A stretch of DNA of 64,000 bases, taken from assembly GCA_034419075.1 (NCBI GenBank), contig DAOULR010000004.1, forward strand, positions 42,511 through 106,510, written 5' to 3'. The position numbers were made by a program, and so were the translations under genes. Of the stretch, positions 47,233 through 57,832 are shown piece by piece. Below the pieces are notes generated by a model. The model ran no database searches, was not told the DNA's origin, and was given only the letters and a program-made list of their open reading frames with translations. Each line of letters starts with the position of its first letter. Within the stretch, counting starts at the first letter, position 1. Source of the DNA: Dehalococcoidales bacterium (GTDB lineage Bacteria; Chloroflexota; Dehalococcoidia; Dehalococcoidales; BS750m-G39).

Positions 47233-48027
47233 ATGAAGCGAGCGAGCAAGATAATCGTCTTTTTGTTAGTTATCGCCTTAGTCCTGGTGCCGCTGACGGC
47301 CTGCGAGCTGTCGGTAGGACCGCAGGGAGAGCCGGGGCCGCAGGGGGCAGCGGGACCGCAGGGAGAAGAAGGGCCACCGGGGCCTCGGGGCCGAACGGGC
47401 GAGCCAGGGCCGGCGGGTCCGGCAGGGGCGGCGGGGCCACAGGGAGAGCAGGGGCCAGCGGGGCCGGCGGGATCACAGGGGCCGCAGGGCAGCCCGGGGG
47501 TGGAGGGGCCGCAGATAGTGGCTACCTGGGCGAATGTGGCGACGAAAGGGTCCGGCGGCGAGTTCGGCGATTTCAGCATGGAGTCCCCTTATTCGGGGCC
47601 GTTTGCAATAACCGATGTTACCGTGTGGGCCTACGGGGAGGGAAGCTATCCGCCGCCTTACGGGCCGGCCTGGGTGCGGATTAAAGGCTCGGGCTTCGAC
47701 CCCGGGGCTATAGTGACCTTGACCATCTGTGAGGACGATTACGTCCTCGACCTGTATATCGCAGATTACGTGGTCGGTGACGGCATACCGCTTGACGATA
47801 TCCCTGACTACATAGTCGCTAACGAATGCGGCGCCTTCGAGGTTTTCACCTACATGCCCGATATCTGGCCGGAGCTGGGTGCGCAGACTGCGGTGGTCCA
47901 CACCTCGGTGAAGGCTTACGTTAGCGGCATACTGCAGGCTTCCTGGGCGTTAGAAGTCTGGGATTTCAGTTCATTTGATGAGGCTTCTTACAATCACTTG
48001 ATGATGCTGATGGATGGGGAAGGCTAA
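47233..48027 (+). CDS. Collagen-like lipoprotein paralog 1 (264 aa)
   Basis: Lipobox VPLTAC. 22 Gly-X-Y triplets (47317-47514). Neck [10 protein letters not shown]. Conserved core [12 protein letters not shown]...LTICEDD...[17 protein letters not shown]...[17 protein letters not shown]. Confidence 0.85.
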   Translation: MKRASKIIVFLLVIALVLVPLTACELSVGPQGEPGPQGAAGPQGEEGPPGPRGRTGEPGPAGPAGAAGPQGEQGPAGPAGSQGPQGSPGVEGPQIVATWANVATKGSGGEFGDFSMESPYSGPFAITDVTVWAYGEGSYPPPYGPAWVRIKGSGFDPGAIVTLTICEDDYVLDLYIADYVVGDGIPLDDIPDYIVANECGAFEVFTYMPDIWPELGAQTAVVHTSVKAYVSGILQASWALEVWDFSSFDEASYNHLMMLMDGEG

Positions 48028-48059
48028 CCCTGTTAATGAGGAACCTGAGGATTGTTTAA

Positions 48060-48830
<771 letters not shown>

Positions 48831-48857
48831 TCTTTTAGGATTGTTTAAGGAGGCGAG

Positions 48858-49649
48858 ATGAAGCGAGCGAGCAAGATAATCGTCTTTCTGGTTATGATAG
48901 CCTTAATTCTGGTGCTGCTGGCGGCATGCCAGGGGCCGCGGGGGCCGCAGGGCGAGACGGGGCCGGTGGGGCCGACGGGGCCGATAGGCGACACGGGGCC
49001 GCAGGGGCCTCCGGGTCGAGCCGGTGAGACGGGGCCGCAGGGCGACCCGGGGCTGGCGGGGCCGGCGGGGCCCCAGGGGGAGGTGGGGCCGGTAGGGGAG
49101 CAGGGTCTGCCCGGCGACCAGGGACCGCAGATAGCGGCTACTTGGGCCAATATTTGGTGGGATGACCAGGCTTATATGTATCTTTTAATCGACCGCGTCA
49201 TCGGCCCCTTCGATATCGTGGACGTTACCGTCAGGGATTATGATTTCAGCGAACCCCAGACGGGGATTCACCCTAGCTGGGCATGCTGGGTGCGGATTAA
49301 GGGCTCGGGCTTCAATCCCGGAGAGATGGTGGTGCTGACTATCTGTGAAAGCGACACTGTCCTCAACCTCTATAGCTACGATTACAATATCGACGATGGT
49401 TACCTGACCGATATTGCCGACTTAATCACCGCCGACGAATGCGGCGCCTTCGAGGTCTTCACCTACATGCCCAATATCTGGCCGGAGCTGGTTACCGACC
49501 AGGAGGGCTATGCGGTGGTGGAACACACCGCGGTGAAGGCCTACGTCGACGGCGTGCTGCAGGCTTCCTGGCCGTTGGACGTCTGGAACGACGCAATCGG
49601 AGCCTTTGATTGGGATATCTACTACTACCTGTTAGACATTATAATGTAA
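48858..49649 (+). CDS. Collagen-like lipoprotein paralog 3 (263 aa)
   Basis: Lipobox LLAAC. 22 triplets (48933-49130). Same neck and core motifs ([39 protein letters not shown]). Confidence 0.85.
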   Translation: MKRASKIIVFLVMIALILVLLAACQGPRGPQGETGPVGPTGPIGDTGPQGPPGRAGETGPQGDPGLAGPAGPQGEVGPVGEQGLPGDQGPQIAATWANIWWDDQAYMYLLIDRVIGPFDIVDVTVRDYDFSEPQTGIHPSWACWVRIKGSGFNPGEMVVLTICESDTVLNLYSYDYNIDDGYLTDIADLITADECGAFEVFTYMPNIWPELVTDQEGYAVVEHTAVKAYVDGVLQASWPLDVWNDAIGAFDWDIYYYLLDIIM

Positions 49650-49708
49650 AAACAGCCGATGACGGCGTTTTTTGCGGCGCTTCCCCTAAAGGAGGCGCCG
49701 AATTTTTT
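49648..49708 (+). terminator. Two stacked intrinsic terminators after the collagen-like triplet
   Basis: AAAACAGCCG-ATGA-CGGCGTTTTTT, then GGCGCTTCC-CCTAAA-GGAGGCGCC followed by GAATTTTTT. Confidence 0.6.
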
Positions 49709-49777
49709 GTGGGGTAGCTGAATTTTCCCGATGATTATGTTAAAATACATAATATCACAGGTTAGTGAAGGAGAGCG

Positions 49778-50686
49778 GTGAAAGAAGCGGTTGATAACTT
49801 CCTGGACTACCTGGCGGTGGAGAAGGGCTTTTCGGCCAACACCATAGCCGCCTACCGTAACGACCTGCACCAGCTGGCCAGCTACATCGAGGAAGAGGCG
49901 GCCAAGCGGGGCACCATTCCACCCTGGGTGGCTTTCGACCGTCAGGCGATGATGAGCTACCTGCTCGACCTTAAGGGGCGGGGCTATGCCGCCGCCACCG
50001 TCGCCCGCAAGGTCGCCGCCGTCAAGTCCTTCTTCGGCTTCATGGTCGCCGAGGGGATGATGAAGGATAACCCCACCGAGGGGGTGGCTTCCTCTAAGGT
50101 GGGCAAATCGCTGCCCAAGCCGATTTCCATAGCCCAGGTGCACAAGCTCTTAGAGCAGCCAGCCAAGCAGGGCGGCTCCGAAGCCAAGCGGGATAGCGCC
50201 ATGCTGGAACTGCTCTACGCCACCGGCATGAGGGTTAGCGAGCTGGTCTCCCTGAACCTGGCTGATCTGGATACCGAAGGCGGCTACGTGCGCTGTTTCG
50301 GCAAGGGGCATAAAGAGAGGCTTATCCCCGTCCACGAACGGGCGGTTAAAGCGGTAAAGGAATACCTGAAAGAGGTGAGGCCAAGGCTGGGGCGGGGTGG
50401 GGACGAAAAAGCGGTCTTCTTAAACCGCCGCGGCGAGAGGCTGACGCGGCAGGGTTTGTGGCAGATACTTAAGGGCTACGCCAAAGCCGCTGAGCTGGGC
50501 ACGGAGATTACCCCCCATACGCTGCGGCACAGCTTTGCCACCCATATGCTGGGGGGCGGTGCCGACCTGAGGTCGGTGCAGGAGCTTTTGGGACACGCTA
50601 ATATCTCCACCACCCAGGTCTATACCCACCTCACCACCGAGCACGTCCGCCGCGCTTACCAGAAATCTCACCCTAGGGCTAAATAG
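49778..50686 (+). CDS. xerD: XerC/XerD-type tyrosine recombinase
   Basis: 302 aa, GTG start. N-terminal SAM-like domain (FLDYLAVEKGFSANTIAAYRNDL). Catalytic region ...ATGMRVSEL..., HTLRHSFATHML, LGHANISTTQVYTH. Confidence 0.85.
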   Translation: MKEAVDNFLDYLAVEKGFSANTIAAYRNDLHQLASYIEEEAAKRGTIPPWVAFDRQAMMSYLLDLKGRGYAAATVARKVAAVKSFFGFMVAEGMMKDNPTEGVASSKVGKSLPKPISIAQVHKLLEQPAKQGGSEAKRDSAMLELLYATGMRVSELVSLNLADLDTEGGYVRCFGKGHKERLIPVHERAVKAVKEYLKEVRPRLGRGGDEKAVFLNRRGERLTRQGLWQILKGYAKAAELGTEITPHTLRHSFATHMLGGGADLRSVQELLGHANISTTQVYTHLTTEHVRRAYQKSHPRAK

Positions 50687-50695
50687 GAGTCTAGT

Positions 50696-51001
50696 ATGTC
50701 AGGCAAATCGAGAAGGCGGGGCCGAAGACTATCCCGCAGCCAGAGGAGAAAAGCGGGCAGGGTTATTGCCACCCCGGTGGTTGAAACAGCAGCACCGGCG
50801 GCACAGAAGCCTGCGCCTATGTCGCCGTCGCCGACACCACGAGCGGCGCCGCCCGTTGCCGCCAAGGCGCCAGTTGCCAAGACGGTGGTAGTCGAGCCTC
50901 CCCACATAGCGGGCGAGTTGAAGCGAATTGGGGTGGTGGGGGGATTAATGGTGGTGCTGCTGGTGGTGGCCTATTTCGTTTTGCCTTTGATTTTAGGCTA
51001 A
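50696..51001 (+). CDS. Tail-anchored Arg-rich/Pro-Ala-rich hypothetical protein (101 aa)
   Basis: MSGKSRRRGRRLSRSQRRKAGR, then a P/A-rich spacer, then a C-terminal TM helix (VVGGLMVVLLVVAYFVLPLILG). No family recognised. Confidence 0.45.
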   Translation: MSGKSRRRGRRLSRSQRRKAGRVIATPVVETAAPAAQKPAPMSPSPTPRAAPPVAAKAPVAKTVVVEPPHIAGELKRIGVVGGLMVVLLVVAYFVLPLILG

Positions 51002-51021
51002 CGCTCCGAGTGGGTGCCTAT

Positions 51022-51669
51022 ATGGACTTGGATTTTGAGGTCGCTAGGGCTGAGTTAATCGACAATCTCAGCACCGAGATCAAGGATAAGCGGGTACTGG
51101 CGGCCATGCGTTCCATACCCCGCGAGCATTTTGTCCCCCGGGAGAGCCGACACTTGGCTTACCAAGATAGACCATTGCCCATCGGTTACGACCAGACGAT
51201 TTCCCAGCCCTTCATTATCGCCCTGATGACCGAAGCGCTGGAGCTCAAAGGAGGGGAGAAGGTGCTGGAGGTGGGCACGGGCAGCGGCTACCAGGCGGCT
51301 ATCTTGGCGCGGCTGGCCCGACTGGTGATTACCACCGAGCGGGTGCCGGCTTTGGCCGGGCGGGCGGAAAAGCTGCTCGACGAGCTGGGCTTTAACAATG
51401 TCGAGGTGCACCAGGCGGAGAGTACACTGGGCTGGCGGCGGGGGGCGCCCTATGACGCCATAATGGTTACCGCCGCCGCCCCCAAGGTGCCGCCCTCGCT
51501 TTTGTCGCAACTGGCCATCGGGGGGAGGATGGTGGTCCCCGTGGGCTCGCGCCATATCCAGGAGCTGTGTAAGGTCAGCAAGACTAGCCAAAAAACGTCT
51601 ATTCGCAACCTGGGCGGCTGCCGTTTCGTGGCTCTTATCGGGCGGGACGCCTGGGAGGAAGAGAAGTGA
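51022..51669 (+). CDS. pcm: Protein-L-isoaspartate O-methyltransferase
   Basis: ATG 51022 (GTG 51010 possible). SAM motif LEVGTGSGYQAAIL. Substrate motif TISQPFI. Confidence 0.88.
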   Translation: MDLDFEVARAELIDNLSTEIKDKRVLAAMRSIPREHFVPRESRHLAYQDRPLPIGYDQTISQPFIIALMTEALELKGGEKVLEVGTGSGYQAAILARLARLVITTERVPALAGRAEKLLDELGFNNVEVHQAESTLGWRRGAPYDAIMVTAAAPKVPPSLLSQLAIGGRMVVPVGSRHIQELCKVSKTSQKTSIRNLGGCRFVALIGRDAWEEEK

Positions 51670-52253
51670 GGGAGTTTAATGTGGAAGCATTAGAGGCTAT
51701 TAGAAAGAGGAGAAGTATCCGCCGTTTTAAGACCACTCCGGTGGAAGACGAGAAAGTCGAAATGGTCTTGGAGGCCGCCCGGCAGGCGCCTTCCTGGGCT
51801 AATACCCAGTGCTGGCGGTTCGTGGTGGTGCGGGACGCCGATATGAGGAACCGTCTGGCCGATACCGGTTTCGGGGTGGGTGGGGCCCACCCCAATGTGG
51901 CCACCGAGGCGATGCGGGTGGCACCCGTAACCATTGTCGCCTGCGCCGAGCTGGGCAAGGCGGGCTGCAGCTATAGGGAGCCCCGCGAGCCAGTTACCGA
52001 TAAGGGCGACTGGTTTATGTTTGATACCGCTCTAGCCATGGAGAATATGGTTTTAGCGGCCACGGCACTGGGGCTGGGCACGGTCTACATCGGCGCCTTC
52101 GATTCGGTGGCGGCGGAGAAGGTGCTGGGGGTGCCCGAGGGTTACAAGGTCGTCTCGATGACGCCGCTGGGCTATCCCGACGAGGATCCCAAGCCGAGAC
52201 CGAGAAAAGAGCTTAACGAGATAGTTTTTCACGACAAATTCGGCGCTAGATAG
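51666..52253 (+). CDS. Nitroreductase-family protein
   Basis: 195 aa. IRKRRSIRRF and APSWANTQCWRFVVV are typical nitroreductase N-terminal motifs. Confidence 0.8.
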   Translation: MREFNVEALEAIRKRRSIRRFKTTPVEDEKVEMVLEAARQAPSWANTQCWRFVVVRDADMRNRLADTGFGVGGAHPNVATEAMRVAPVTIVACAELGKAGCSYREPREPVTDKGDWFMFDTALAMENMVLAATALGLGTVYIGAFDSVAAEKVLGVPEGYKVVSMTPLGYPDEDPKPRPRKELNEIVFHDKFGAR

Positions 52254-52280
52254 GCTTTATATAGTTAAGGAGGCTGTCCG

Positions 52281-52766
52281 ATGAGCGAACTGGGACTGGT
52301 AGCTCCTTTCTGGGTGATTGTACTGGTATGGCTGGCCAAGGTGGTGCTGCTCGCCTTCATTTCCGGTCTGCTGGCCTGGTTCGGGGTGTTGACGCTGGAC
52401 GCACTGACCCCACACATTCATGAGCGCCAGCGTATCGGGGAGAGTCCGGTGGCGGTGGGCATTTTTATCGCCGGCTTTTTTATCTTTGTGGGGCTGGTTA
52501 TCCACGGCTCTGTCAGCGCCCTGACCGCGGTCACGGCACCCATTGTCTGGTATATCTTCGATTTCAGGACCTGGGGGCTGCTGGCAATAAGCTTCCTGGT
52601 GAGTCTGCTGGTGGGGGTGGCCGTGTTCTACATACTGGACTGGCTGACGCCTAAAATACCCTTTTTGAGCATAAACCGCAGCCCGGTGGCGGTGGGGGTG
52701 TTTGTGGGGGGCTACCTCGTCTTCTTCGGGCTGATACTGCACGCGGCACTGACGGGGCCGTTTTGA
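52281..52766 (+). CDS. DUF350-type membrane protein with internal duplication
   Basis: 161 aa. Two similar halves (LDALTPHIHERQRIGESPVAVGIFIAGFFIFVGLVIHG and LDWLTPKIPFLSINRSPVAVGVFVGGYLVFFGLILHA). Confidence 0.6.
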   Translation: MSELGLVAPFWVIVLVWLAKVVLLAFISGLLAWFGVLTLDALTPHIHERQRIGESPVAVGIFIAGFFIFVGLVIHGSVSALTAVTAPIVWYIFDFRTWGLLAISFLVSLLVGVAVFYILDWLTPKIPFLSINRSPVAVGVFVGGYLVFFGLILHAALTGPF

Positions 52767-53629
52767 AAAGAATCGCTATTATAATTAGTTTAGCCTTCAT
52801 CCTCTTGAGCGGGCTGACTGGAGCCGGCTATGCCTGGGCGTCTTCGTCGCAGGGGTTCTACGAGGTTGACGGCGAAATCTTCGACGACTGGGTGGTATGC
52901 CGCACGCGCTCCTTCGGCGAGGACGGGTTTTACCAGGTGACCCCGACCGATTTCCGCCCCATTATCGCCTTCGAGAGCCTGGGGGAGAACGCCGACATCG
53001 CCTACAGCCTGGGGCAGGAGTTTGCCGAGGAGTACCCCGACCCCATCCGGAGGGCAGAGGCGGTTTTTAATTACGTGCGGGATAGGGTGAGGTATACCAC
53101 CGATATCGACCTGTTTGGCTATGAAGAGTTCGCCCAGAACGCCGACGAGCTGGCGGGTATTATGGCTGAGCAGAACGGGCGGGGCTATGGCGATTGCGAG
53201 GACAGTGCCGTGCTGCTGGCGGTGATATGCAAGGGGGCGGGGCTACGCTCGGCGATAGCCATTGGTGAGGAGCATACCGCTGCCCTCATCTTTCTGCCCG
53301 ATTACGACCAGGCCACCGCCTTTTTCGAGCTTTCGGGGGAGACGGGCTGGATATGGGCCGAGGCTACAGGGCGGGATAATTCGCTGGGCTGGGTGCCCAG
53401 TGAGTTTCTCTACTCTAGCCTGGCTGCCTACGAGGTGACCGAGGAGGCGTTAGCCCGCGCTGAGGATGCCCCCGGGCCGGAGGTTACCGAGGCACAGGCC
53501 AATGGTGGGGCTGGGGGCGGGGGTGGTGGCAGTAATTTTTCCATGCTTTTCCCCTTTTTGGGGGTGGTTTTCTTTTTGTGGTTCATTTCTTCTTTGTTCC
53601 GCATGGGGAAGCGGACTAGAAAAGGTTAG
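52763..53629 (+). CDS. Transglutaminase-like (Cys protease fold) exported protein with C-terminal TM anchor
   Basis: 288 aa, TTG start. Signal peptide. GYGDCEDSAVLLAVICKGAGLRSA resembles the transglutaminase-core Cys motif. Gly-rich linker plus C-terminal TM. Confidence 0.6.
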   Translation: MKRIAIIISLAFILLSGLTGAGYAWASSSQGFYEVDGEIFDDWVVCRTRSFGEDGFYQVTPTDFRPIIAFESLGENADIAYSLGQEFAEEYPDPIRRAEAVFNYVRDRVRYTTDIDLFGYEEFAQNADELAGIMAEQNGRGYGDCEDSAVLLAVICKGAGLRSAIAIGEEHTAALIFLPDYDQATAFFELSGETGWIWAEATGRDNSLGWVPSEFLYSSLAAYEVTEEALARAEDAPGPEVTEAQANGGAGGGGGGSNFSMLFPFLGVVFFLWFISSLFRMGKRTRKG

Positions 53630-53660
53630 ACTCCTTTTAGCTCCTTATTAAGGGGTAACA

Positions 53661-53855
53661 CCCACCACCCCACCTTGTTTAGCGTAAGTCTTTCTGTCCC
53701 ACCCAATACCCACCCTATAAGGGTGGTGCCCCTTATATATCCCCCTGTATATGTCTTACCCACCTTATTTGAGGGGGTTTGAAGGGGGGTTTTACCCCCT
53801 TTCTACCTTAAAAGGGTGGTGGGTGGGAAAAGATAGAAAACGGGGTGGGGTGGGG
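53661..53855. repeat. MITE-like palindromic element, copy E (chimeric arms)
   Basis: The left arm (53667-53745) matches copy C and the reverse complement of B-right. The right arm (53771-53855) matches the right arms of copies A and D, ending CGGGGTGGGGTGGGG. No matching flank duplication. Confidence 0.65.
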
Positions 53856-53865
53856 CAACGACAAC

Positions 53866-53894
53866 TTGCTCTATGAAGCGGCGGTGATTATAAT
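53866..53894 (+). promoter_or_regulatory. Promoter of the EF-G paralog
   Basis: TTGCTC, 17-nt spacer, TATAAT, 11 nt after the repeat element. Confidence 0.5.
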
Positions 53895-53927
53895 AGGGGG
53901 GTTAACTTAGAGAGTAGGTGGCATTAG

Positions 53928-55988
53928 ATGCAACAGTACGGACTGGAGAATATCAGGAACGTGGTCTTGCTGTCTCACAGCGGCGCAGGCAAGACGTCGG
54001 CCTCGGAGGCAATGCTCTTTGGCGCCGGAGCCATCAAGCGGCTGGGCAAGGTTGAGGACGGCAGCACCACTTCGGACTACGACCCCGACGAGCTGAAGCG
54101 GCAGATAAGCATAAGCCTGTCCCTGCTGCCCTTTGAGTGGAAGGGGGCCAAGCTGAATATTGTCGATACCCCTGGCTATTCCGATTTCGTCGGCGAGGTC
54201 AGGGCGGCGATGCGGGTTTGCGAGGGGGCGGTGATTATGGTCTGTGCAGCGTCGGGGGTAGAGGTGGGCACCGACCAGGTGTGGGGATACTGTGAAGAGA
54301 GCAGCTTACCCCGACTTATCTTTATCAACAAGATGGACCGGGAGAACGCCGACTTTAACAAGACGGTGGGGCAGATACAGGAGCGCTTCGGCAATAAATG
54401 CTTGCCGTTGCAGTTACCCATCGGCGCTCAAGCCAGCTTCGAGGGTGTGGTCAATCTGCTGACGATGAAGGCCTACAGCGGTACCGATGCCAAGGAGGGC
54501 GAGGTGCCTGAAGCACTCCAGTCCCAGGCCAGCTCTTTACGAGAGAAGCTGATTGAGGCAGTGGCCGAGGTCGACGACAAGCTAATCGAAAAATATCTTG
54601 AAGGACAGGAGCTGAGCCAGGAGGAAATCGGGATGGGGCTGCGCCAGGCGATAGTGGCCGGCAAGATGGTGCCTATCCTGACTGGCTCGGCCTTAAAGAA
54701 CATTGGTATCGGTATGCTCAGGGACGCTATACACGGCTACCTGCCTTCGGCCAAAGAGGGCAAAGTGGTGGCTTTAAGCAATTCCAAGGAGCAGACATCG
54801 GAGCCGAGCGCGGATGGGCCACTGGCGGCTCTCGTTTTTAAGACCACCGCCGACCCCTACGTGGGCAAGCTTACCTATTTCCGCGTCTATAACGGCGCTA
54901 TGAGCAGCAACTCGCAGGTCTGGAACGCCAACCGCAAGGGTAATGAGCGCATCGGGCAGCTGTTTATGGTTCGGGGTAAGAACCAGGAACCGGTACCCCA
55001 GGTGGGGGCGGGGGATATGGGGGCGGTGGCCAAGCTGAACACGACCAATACCGGTGATACCCTGTGTACACAGGCTAAGCAGCTCAAGATTGCCCCTATC
55101 AAGTTCCCCGAGCCTGTTTTCAGCCTGGCGGTCCACCCCAAGACCAAGGCCGATGTGGATAAGCTGGGGGCGGCGATGACCAGGCTTACCGAGGAGGATC
55201 TCACCATCGAGGTGCACCGCGAGACGGGCACCAACGAGACGATTATATCGGGAATGGGCGAATCGCAGCTTGAGGTTGCCGCCGACAGGATGCAGCGTAA
55301 GTTCGGTGTCGGCGTTAAGCTGGAAGTGCCCAAGGTTCCCTATAAGGAGACGATTACGGTCGGCTCAAAAGCCGAGTATAAACATAAGAAGCAGACGGGG
55401 GGGCACGGCCAGTACGGCCATGTGCTGCTGGAGCTGGAGCCCTTGCCCAGGGGCAGCGGCCACGAGTTCGCCGATAAGATTGTCGGCGGCGCCATACCCC
55501 GCAACTATGTCCCCGCCGTGGAGAAGGGGGTCAACGAGGCTATCCAGGAAGGGGTGCTGGCGCGCTACCCGGTAATTGACGTAAGGGCGACGGTCTACGA
55601 CGGCAGCTTCCACCCGGTGGATTCCTCGGAGATATGCTTTAAGATTGCCGGGGCGGGGGCGTTCAAGAAGGGCCTGGCCGAGGGGCAGCCCATCCTGCTG
55701 GAGCCGATAATGAATATTGAGGTTACTGTCCCCGAGGACTACACCGGGGATATTATCGGCGACCTGAACACCAAGCGGGCGCGGGTGCAGGGGATGAACC
55801 CGGGGGGTGGCTATAACGTCATCGAGGCTCAGGTGCCGCAGGCCGAGATTTTGCGCTATTCCATCGACCTGAAATCAATCACCCAGGGGCGGGGCAGCTA
55901 TAAGGCCAGCTTCAGCCACTATGAAGAGGTGCCTGCCCATATCGCCGAGAAGATCATCGCCGCGCATCAGGCGGAAAAAGCCGCTTAA
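53928..55988 (+). CDS. Elongation factor G paralog (EF-G2-like)
   Basis: 686 aa, five-domain EF-G architecture. Divergent P-loop SHSGAGKTS (canonical AHIDAGKTT). DTPGYSDF and NKMD present. Not in an rpsL-rpsG-fusA-tuf context. Confidence 0.85.
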   Translation: MQQYGLENIRNVVLLSHSGAGKTSASEAMLFGAGAIKRLGKVEDGSTTSDYDPDELKRQISISLSLLPFEWKGAKLNIVDTPGYSDFVGEVRAAMRVCEGAVIMVCAASGVEVGTDQVWGYCEESSLPRLIFINKMDRENADFNKTVGQIQERFGNKCLPLQLPIGAQASFEGVVNLLTMKAYSGTDAKEGEVPEALQSQASSLREKLIEAVAEVDDKLIEKYLEGQELSQEEIGMGLRQAIVAGKMVPILTGSALKNIGIGMLRDAIHGYLPSAKEGKVVALSNSKEQTSEPSADGPLAALVFKTTADPYVGKLTYFRVYNGAMSSNSQVWNANRKGNERIGQLFMVRGKNQEPVPQVGAGDMGAVAKLNTTNTGDTLCTQAKQLKIAPIKFPEPVFSLAVHPKTKADVDKLGAAMTRLTEEDLTIEVHRETGTNETIISGMGESQLEVAADRMQRKFGVGVKLEVPKVPYKETITVGSKAEYKHKKQTGGHGQYGHVLLELEPLPRGSGHEFADKIVGGAIPRNYVPAVEKGVNEAIQEGVLARYPVIDVRATVYDGSFHPVDSSEICFKIAGAGAFKKGLAEGQPILLEPIMNIEVTVPEDYTGDIIGDLNTKRARVQGMNPGGGYNVIEAQVPQAEILRYSIDLKSITQGRGSYKASFSHYEEVPAHIAEKIIAAHQAEKAA

Positions 55989-55989
55989 A

Positions 55990-56886
55990 TCAGGTAGACC
56001 TTATCTCCTGCCGCATAAAGACCACGTAGCTGATGGCGAAGCAGATAGCGGTTAAGGCGATCAATGCTGTGAGCTGGGGCCAGACGATAAGCAAGCTCTG
56101 GTCCAGAGACAGGGGGTTGGCCAGCATCGAGCTGGTGGTGGTAGAGGTTAAGAGCCCATATCCTCTCCATATTGGGATGAGGAGCACCTGCGTCGCCTCT
56201 TGGAAGAGGAAATAGGGGGAGATGCGGGCTATCATCAACTGTACGCCTATGGAATTGCTTACTGCGGGCACGAAGAAGCTGATGTAGGGGTTGAAAATAG
56301 AGGCGGGGATACCGAACAATATCCAGATAGCCATCGGGAAGAGCAGGGAAACAGCCAGATTGCGGAAGAGCACCGAAAAGAGGATAGCCAGCCCCATCCA
56401 GAAGGCGCCGTAGATAACCGCCGCGATGAAGTAGATAAAGATTCTGATGATTTCCTCGGCGCCGGGGGGCACGCCGATCATCCTCAGGCCGTAGCCGCCA
56501 ACGATGAGTATGATAGCCCCTATCATGATGGCCATAGTAACTATGCCCGCCAGGAACTTGCCGTTGATGACGCTGTCCCGGTAGATGGGCTGGGAGAGGA
56601 TGCGGTTAAGCGTGCCGCTGGAGCGCTCGCCGTTTATGGCGTCGAAGCCCAGGGCGATACCGATTATGGGCACGAGCAGGGCAATGAATACGGTTAGCGA
56701 AGGTAAGTCTTCACCAGTGGTGAACAGTTTAATGAAAACGGGTCCGGGGTCGATTGACGCCTCACGGATGCCGCTGTAGGCGGCATAGATGGCGACGGCG
56801 CTGGCGATAAATACCAGCAGAAAGAGGATGAAACACCTTACGCTGGTGAAGTAGTCAGCCAGTTCTTTGCGCAGGATGGTCAGCAT
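55990..56886 (-). CDS. ABC-2 family transporter permease
   Basis: 298 aa, about 6 TM helices. Downstream of, and 4 nt from, the ABC ATPase gene. Confidence 0.75.
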   Translation of the reverse strand: MLTILRKELADYFTSVRCFILFLLVFIASAVAIYAAYSGIREASIDPGPVFIKLFTTGEDLPSLTVFIALLVPIIGIALGFDAINGERSSGTLNRILSQPIYRDSVINGKFLAGIVTMAIMIGAIILIVGGYGLRMIGVPPGAEEIIRIFIYFIAAVIYGAFWMGLAILFSVLFRNLAVSLLFPMAIWILFGIPASIFNPYISFFVPAVSNSIGVQLMIARISPYFLFQEATQVLLIPIWRGYGLLTSTTTSSMLANPLSLDQSLLIVWPQLTALIALTAICFAISYVVFMRQEIRST

Positions 56887-56890
56887 TTAT

Positions 56891-57829
<939 letters not shown>

Positions 57830-57832
57830 ATT

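Noticed and set aside
47220-47579. Pro/Ala/Gly-rich ORFs antisense to the collagen tracts (47220..47579, 47270..47476, 48056..48355, 48102..48377, 48845..49150, 42020..42232, 42247..43110).
   Set aside because: They are mirror images of GGN-CCN-NNN coding repeats. The sense frames have signal peptides, RBSs and conserved globular domains, and the antisense frames have none.
49735-49760. dif-like site next to xerD. TTATGTTAAAA (49735-49745) matches the E. coli XerD arm TTATGTTAAAT at 10/11 positions, and lies within the palindrome ATTATGT-TAAAAT-ACATAAT.
   Set aside because: In neither orientation is there a credible XerC arm at the required 6-nt spacing. The motif doubles as an extended -10 (TGTTAAAAT) for xerD, so promoter/operator is the simpler reading. 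A genome-wide dif search plus GC-skew analysis would settle it.
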